Assembly (NCBI GenBank): GCA_019912395.1
Contig: JAIOIH010000085.1
Location: 1,353 to 65,352, forward strand
DNA from: Flavobacteriales bacterium
GTDB taxonomy: Bacteria; Bacteroidota; Bacteroidia; Flavobacteriales_F; PHOS-HE28
Direction of reading: 5' to 3'
Length of the DNA stretch: 64,000 nucleotides
The notes beneath the pieces are model-generated. The model did not search any database. It was given only the letters and a program-made list of their open reading frames with translations, and had not been told where the DNA came from. Position 1 is the stretch's first letter; every line of letters starts with the position of its first letter. Of this stretch, positions 60,649 through 64,000 are shown one piece after another. The position numbers and the translations under genes are program-made.

Positions 60649-60657
60649 CCGGAAGCC

Positions 60658-61350
60658 ATGGCACAATTGACCAAAAAGCGCAAGGCTGTCGCAGCCAAGT
60701 TCGAGGCCGACAAGGCATACGACCTGGGAGATGCGATCAAGCTCGTGAAAGAGGTGACCACCACCAAGTTCGATGCTACGGTGGACATCGCCGTCCGCCT
60801 TGGGGTGGACCCCAAGAAGAGCACTGAAATGGTGCGTGGTACCGTAAGCCTGCCCCATGGCACCGGCCGCACGGTTCGCGTACTGGTGCTGGCCGATCCG
60901 GCCAAGGCCGAGGAAGCCCTCGCCGCCGGTGCGGATATGGCCGGGCTGGACGAGTACGTGGAAAAGATCAAGAACGGCTGGACGGACGTGGACGTGATCA
61001 TCTGCACGCCAAACGTGATGGCGAAGGTGGGTGCGTTGGGCCGGATCCTCGGACCCCGCGGCCTGATGCCGAACCCCAAGACCGGTACCGTGACCATGGA
61101 CGTGGCCAAGGCTACCCAAGAGGTGAAAGCTGGCAAGATCGATTTCAAGGTGGACAAGGCCGGCATCATCCACGCGGTGATCGGCAAGGCCTCCTTCGAT
61201 GCCGGGAAGCTCACGGAGAATGCCATGGAGTTGCTCCAGGCCCTGGTGAAGCTCAAGCCGAGCACGGCCAAGGGCACCTACGTGATGAGCATTTTCATCA
61301 GCAGCACCATGGGACCCGGCATTAAAGTAGATACCCGCGTAGTGGGATAA
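60658..61350 (+). CDS. rplA: 50S ribosomal protein L1
   Basis: [32 protein letters not shown]... Confidence 0.97.
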   Translation: MAQLTKKRKAVAAKFEADKAYDLGDAIKLVKEVTTTKFDATVDIAVRLGVDPKKSTEMVRGTVSLPHGTGRTVRVLVLADPAKAEEALAAGADMAGLDEYVEKIKNGWTDVDVIICTPNVMAKVGALGRILGPRGLMPNPKTGTVTMDVAKATQEVKAGKIDFKVDKAGIIHAVIGKASFDAGKLTENAMELLQALVKLKPSTAKGTYVMSIFISSTMGPGIKVDTRVVG

Positions 61351-61393
61351 AAGGTCACGGGCGCAGGACCTTGCGCCCCAACGAAAAAAGAAA

Positions 61394-61924
61394 ATGGCAA
61401 CCCGCGCAGAAAAAGACCAAGCCATCACCGAGCTGATCGGTGAGATCGAAAGCACCAATGTGCTGTACCTCACCGACGCCAGTTCCATGAGCGCCGAGAG
61501 CACCAGTGATCTCCGTCGTGCCTGCCACAAGGGCGGCATCCGCATGAAGGTGGTGAAGAACACCCTGCTTCGCAAGGCGATGGAAGGTGTGGAGGGCAAG
61601 GACTACAGTGAGCTCTATCCCACGATCGTGGGACAAACCGCGATCCTCTTCGCCGAAAAGGGCAACGCCCCGGCAAAGCTGATCAAGGACTTCCGCAAGA
61701 AAGGCACACGACCGGCGCTGAAGAGCGCTTGGATCGATCAGGCCGTGTTCATCGGTGACGACCAACTGGTGATGCTCAGCGAGCTGAAGGGCCGCGAAGA
61801 ACTCATCGGCGATATCATCGGATTGCTGCAAAGCCCGATGAAGAACGTGATCAGCGCCCTGCAAGGTGGCGGTGGGCACAAGATCGCCGGTCTGGTGAAG
61901 GCACTCCAAGAAAGAGCCGCATAA
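61394..61924 (+). CDS. rplJ: 50S ribosomal protein L10
   Basis: MATRAEKDQAITELIGEIES... Confidence 0.95.
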   Translation: MATRAEKDQAITELIGEIESTNVLYLTDASSMSAESTSDLRRACHKGGIRMKVVKNTLLRKAMEGVEGKDYSELYPTIVGQTAILFAEKGNAPAKLIKDFRKKGTRPALKSAWIDQAVFIGDDQLVMLSELKGREELIGDIIGLLQSPMKNVISALQGGGGHKIAGLVKALQERAA

Positions 61925-62016
61925 AAAAGAGAGTAAGGGCGCCAGATCTCGCGCCCCGACCAAACGCGTTACGCACACGATAGCTTCCCAACAACCGTAA
62001 GTAACAAAAACAAAAG

Positions 62017-62394
62017 ATGGCAGACATCAAGAACCTGGGCGACCAGCTCGTAGGACTCACCGTAAAGGAAGTGAGCGAATTGGCCGACTACCTCAAGGAA
62101 GAGTACAAGATCGAACCGGCCGCGGCCGCAGTAGCAATGGCGGCCCCCGCCGCAGGTGGAGGCGGCGATGCCGCGGAAGCCCAGACCAGCTTCGACGTGA
62201 TCCTCAAGTCCGGTGGACAGAGCAAGCTCGCCGTGGTGAAACTGGTGAAGGAACTCACCGGTCTCGGACTGAAGGAGGCCAAGGACCTTGTTGACGGTGC
62301 TCCCAAGCCCATCAAGGAAGGCGTGTCCAAGGAGGACGCCGAGAACCTGAAACAGCAACTGACGGAAGCCGGGGCGGAAGTTGAGGTCAAGTAA
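62017..62394 (+). CDS. rplL: 50S ribosomal protein L7/L12
   Basis: [30 protein letters not shown]... Confidence 0.97.
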   Translation: MADIKNLGDQLVGLTVKEVSELADYLKEEYKIEPAAAAVAMAAPAAGGGGDAAEAQTSFDVILKSGGQSKLAVVKLVKELTGLGLKEAKDLVDGAPKPIKEGVSKEDAENLKQQLTEAGAEVEVK

Positions 62395-62410
62395 GCCCAT
62401 CCGATCCGAA

Positions 62411-62460
62411 GGACAGCGAAGGCCGGGTGTGCCGCCACAAGCGGCAACACCCGGCCCATC
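62411..62460 (+). terminator. rplL-rpoB intergenic attenuator hairpin (GGCCGGGTGTGCCGC cacaa GCGGCAACACCCGGCC) with a downstream TTTT
   Basis: Seen directly. This is the classical partial terminator position in the rplKAJL-rpoBC operon. Confidence 0.55.
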
Positions 62461-62565
62461 GGGTCCTTTTGCCCATTGACGGGCACACCAACAACCCCAT
62501 GTACCGGGGGCTTTTCAGGTACCAGTAGGTCGTCGGTCGTTCGATAATTCCCCAGCATTCCCATC

Positions 62566-64000
62566 ATGGCCCAGACGAAGTCCCTCCCGCGCAAGAACAA
62601 CAAGCGCATCGATTTCGGTTCCACTTTCCTTCCGGCTGATTATCCGGATTTCCTTGACATCCAGCTGAAGAGCTTTGAGGAGTTCTTCCAGATCGAGACC
62701 CTCCCCGAGAACCGGGAACGCGAGGGCCTCTACAAGGTGTTCATGGAGAACTTTCCCATCACGGACACCCGGAACCAGTTCGTGCTCGAATTCCTCGATT
62801 ACTTCATTGACCCACCGCGGTACAGCATCGACGAGTGCGTCGAACGCGGCCTTACGTACAGCGTTCCGCTGAAGGCCAAGTTGAAGCTCTATTGCACCGA
62901 CCCGGAGCACGAGGATTTCGAGACCATCGTGCAGGACGTTTACCTGGGCCAGATCCCCTACATGACGCCCAAGGGCGCCTTTGTGGTGAACGGCGCGGAG
63001 CGCGTGATCGTGAGCCAGCTGCACCGCAGTCCCGGCGTGTTCTTCGGCCAGAGCCGCCACGCCAACGGAACCAAGCTGTACAGTGCCCGCGTGATCCCCT
63101 TCAAGGGTTCCTGGATCGAATTCGCCACCGATATCAACGGGGTGATGTACGCCTACATCGACAGGAAGAAGAAACTGCCGGTGACCACGCTATTGCGTTC
63201 CATCGGGTTCGAGAGCGACAAGCAGATCCTGGAGATCTTCGGCCTGGCCGACGAGATCAAGGTGACCAAGGCCAGCCTGAAGGAGGCTGTTGGACGCAAG
63301 CTGGCCGCCCGCGTGCTGAAGAGCTGGGTGGAGGATTTCGTGGACGAGGACACTGGGGAGGTGGTCTCCATCGAACGCAACGAAGTGCTGATCGACCGCG
63401 AAACGATCCTCGAGGAGGAGCACGTGGAACTGATCGCCGAGAGCGGTGCGAAGACCATCATCCTGCACAAGCTGGGGGTGAACGCGGCCGATTACGCACT
63501 GATCTACAACACCCTGCAGAAGGACACCTCCAACTCCGAGAAGGAGGCCGTGGAAGTGATCTACCGCCAACTGCGCAACGCCGAACCACCTGACCTGGAA
63601 ACGGCGCGCAGCGTGATCGACAAGCTGTTCTTCAGTGAGCAGCGCTATGACCTCGGCGAAGTGGGCCGCTACCGCATCAACAAGAAGTTGGGCCTGGAGA
63701 GCGAGCTCAGTGTGCGGGTGCTCACCAAGGAGGACATCATCGCGATCATCCGCTACCTCATCGAGCTGGTGAACTCGAAGGCGGACGTGGACGACATCGA
63801 CCACCTGAGCAATCGCCGCGTACGCACCGTGGGCGAGCAGCTCTTCAGCCAGTTCGGCGTGGGCCTGGCCCGCATGGCGCGCACCATCCGCGAGCGCATG
63901 AACGTGAGGGACAATGAAGTGTTCACCCCGACCGACCTGATCAACGCCAAGACCCTTAGCTCGGTGATCAATTCGTTCTTCGGGACGAACCAGCTGAGCC
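62566..64000 (+). CDS. rpoB: DNA-directed RNA polymerase subunit beta, 5' portion (continues beyond the window)
   Basis: Manual translation from the ATG at 62566 gives [41 protein letters not shown]... Not in the ORF track because it runs off the window end. Confidence 0.95.
   Translation, partial: MAQTKSLPRKNNKRIDFGSTFLPADYPDFLDIQLKSFEEFFQIETLPENREREGLYKVFMENFPITDTRNQFVLEFLDYFIDPPRYSIDECVERGLTYSVPLKAKLKLYCTDPEHEDFETIVQDVYLGQIPYMTPKGAFVVNGAERVIVSQLHRSPGVFFGQSRHANGTKLYSARVIPFKGSWIEFATDINGVMYAYIDRKKKLPVTTLLRSIGFESDKQILEIFGLADEIKVTKASLKEAVGRKLAARVLKSWVEDFVDEDTGEVVSIERNEVLIDRETILEEEHVELIAESGAKTIILHKLGVNAADYALIYNTLQKDTSNSEKEAVEVIYRQLRNAEPPDLETARSVIDKLFFSEQRYDLGEVGRYRINKKLGLESELSVRVLTKEDIIAIIRYLIELVNSKADVDDIDHLSNRRVRTVGEQLFSQFGVGLARMARTIRERMNVRDNEVFTPTDLINAKTLSSVINSFFGTNQLS

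Noticed and set aside
60180-61599. 365-aa and 386-aa minus-strand ORFs opposite rplK and rplA
   Set aside because: They are antisense to ribosomal protein genes. Implausible.

Overview
The window is a roughly 62% GC chromosomal segment that looks like a member of Bacteroidota. Three things point that way. Several secreted proteins end in type IX secretion (T9SS) C-terminal sorting domains (CTDs). Several genes use the SusC/TonB-receptor, DUF3078, DUF4421, DUF2207/LemA and HsdR_N families typical of the phylum. The right-hand 9 kb has the conserved rpsU-xerC-hpf-tRNA(Thr,Tyr,Gly,Thr)-tuf-tRNA(Trp)-secE-nusG-rplK-rplA-rplJ-rplL-rpoB layout.

The rest is mixed housekeeping and accessory genes: typA, smpB, valS, holA, pyrF, ppx, a cold-shock protein, a DAACS transporter, an AbgT-family transporter, and an acyl-CoA dehydrogenase. 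There is a cluster of T9SS-secreted cargo proteins: a ThuA-like protein, a blue-copper cupredoxin, an S8 protease and a vWA protein. Other calls include a MarR regulator, a PIF1/RecD-like helicase, an orphan response regulator, a patatin, an amidohydrolase, and many Bacteroidota-specific hypothetical secreted or membrane proteins.

The most unusual structures are non-coding:
- Four copies of a perfect 20-30 bp palindrome (core AGTTGCATGGCCATGCAACT) sit around a MarR gene. Three of them lie 148 and 161 bp apart in a 530-bp non-coding stretch.
- Two families of composite hairpin repeat elements are built from tandem 7-8-mers: GTCCTATG/CATAGGAC, and CACGGAT/ATCCGTG with a CCGATAYRTATCGG palindrome. 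Both families occur in several intergenic regions.
- An 800-bp degenerate tandem repeat lies next to a tRNA-Arg, bordered by an AT-rich (about 42% GC) segment that encodes a LamG-type lectin.
- A second AT-rich 400-bp insertion-like segment carries the 5' part of a small lipoprotein gene.

No CRISPR array, rRNA or transposase was found. Many long ORFs in the track are antisense artefacts of the high GC content. The provided ORF track omits ORFs that run off the window edges, so two partial CDS (window start and window end) were found by manual translation.
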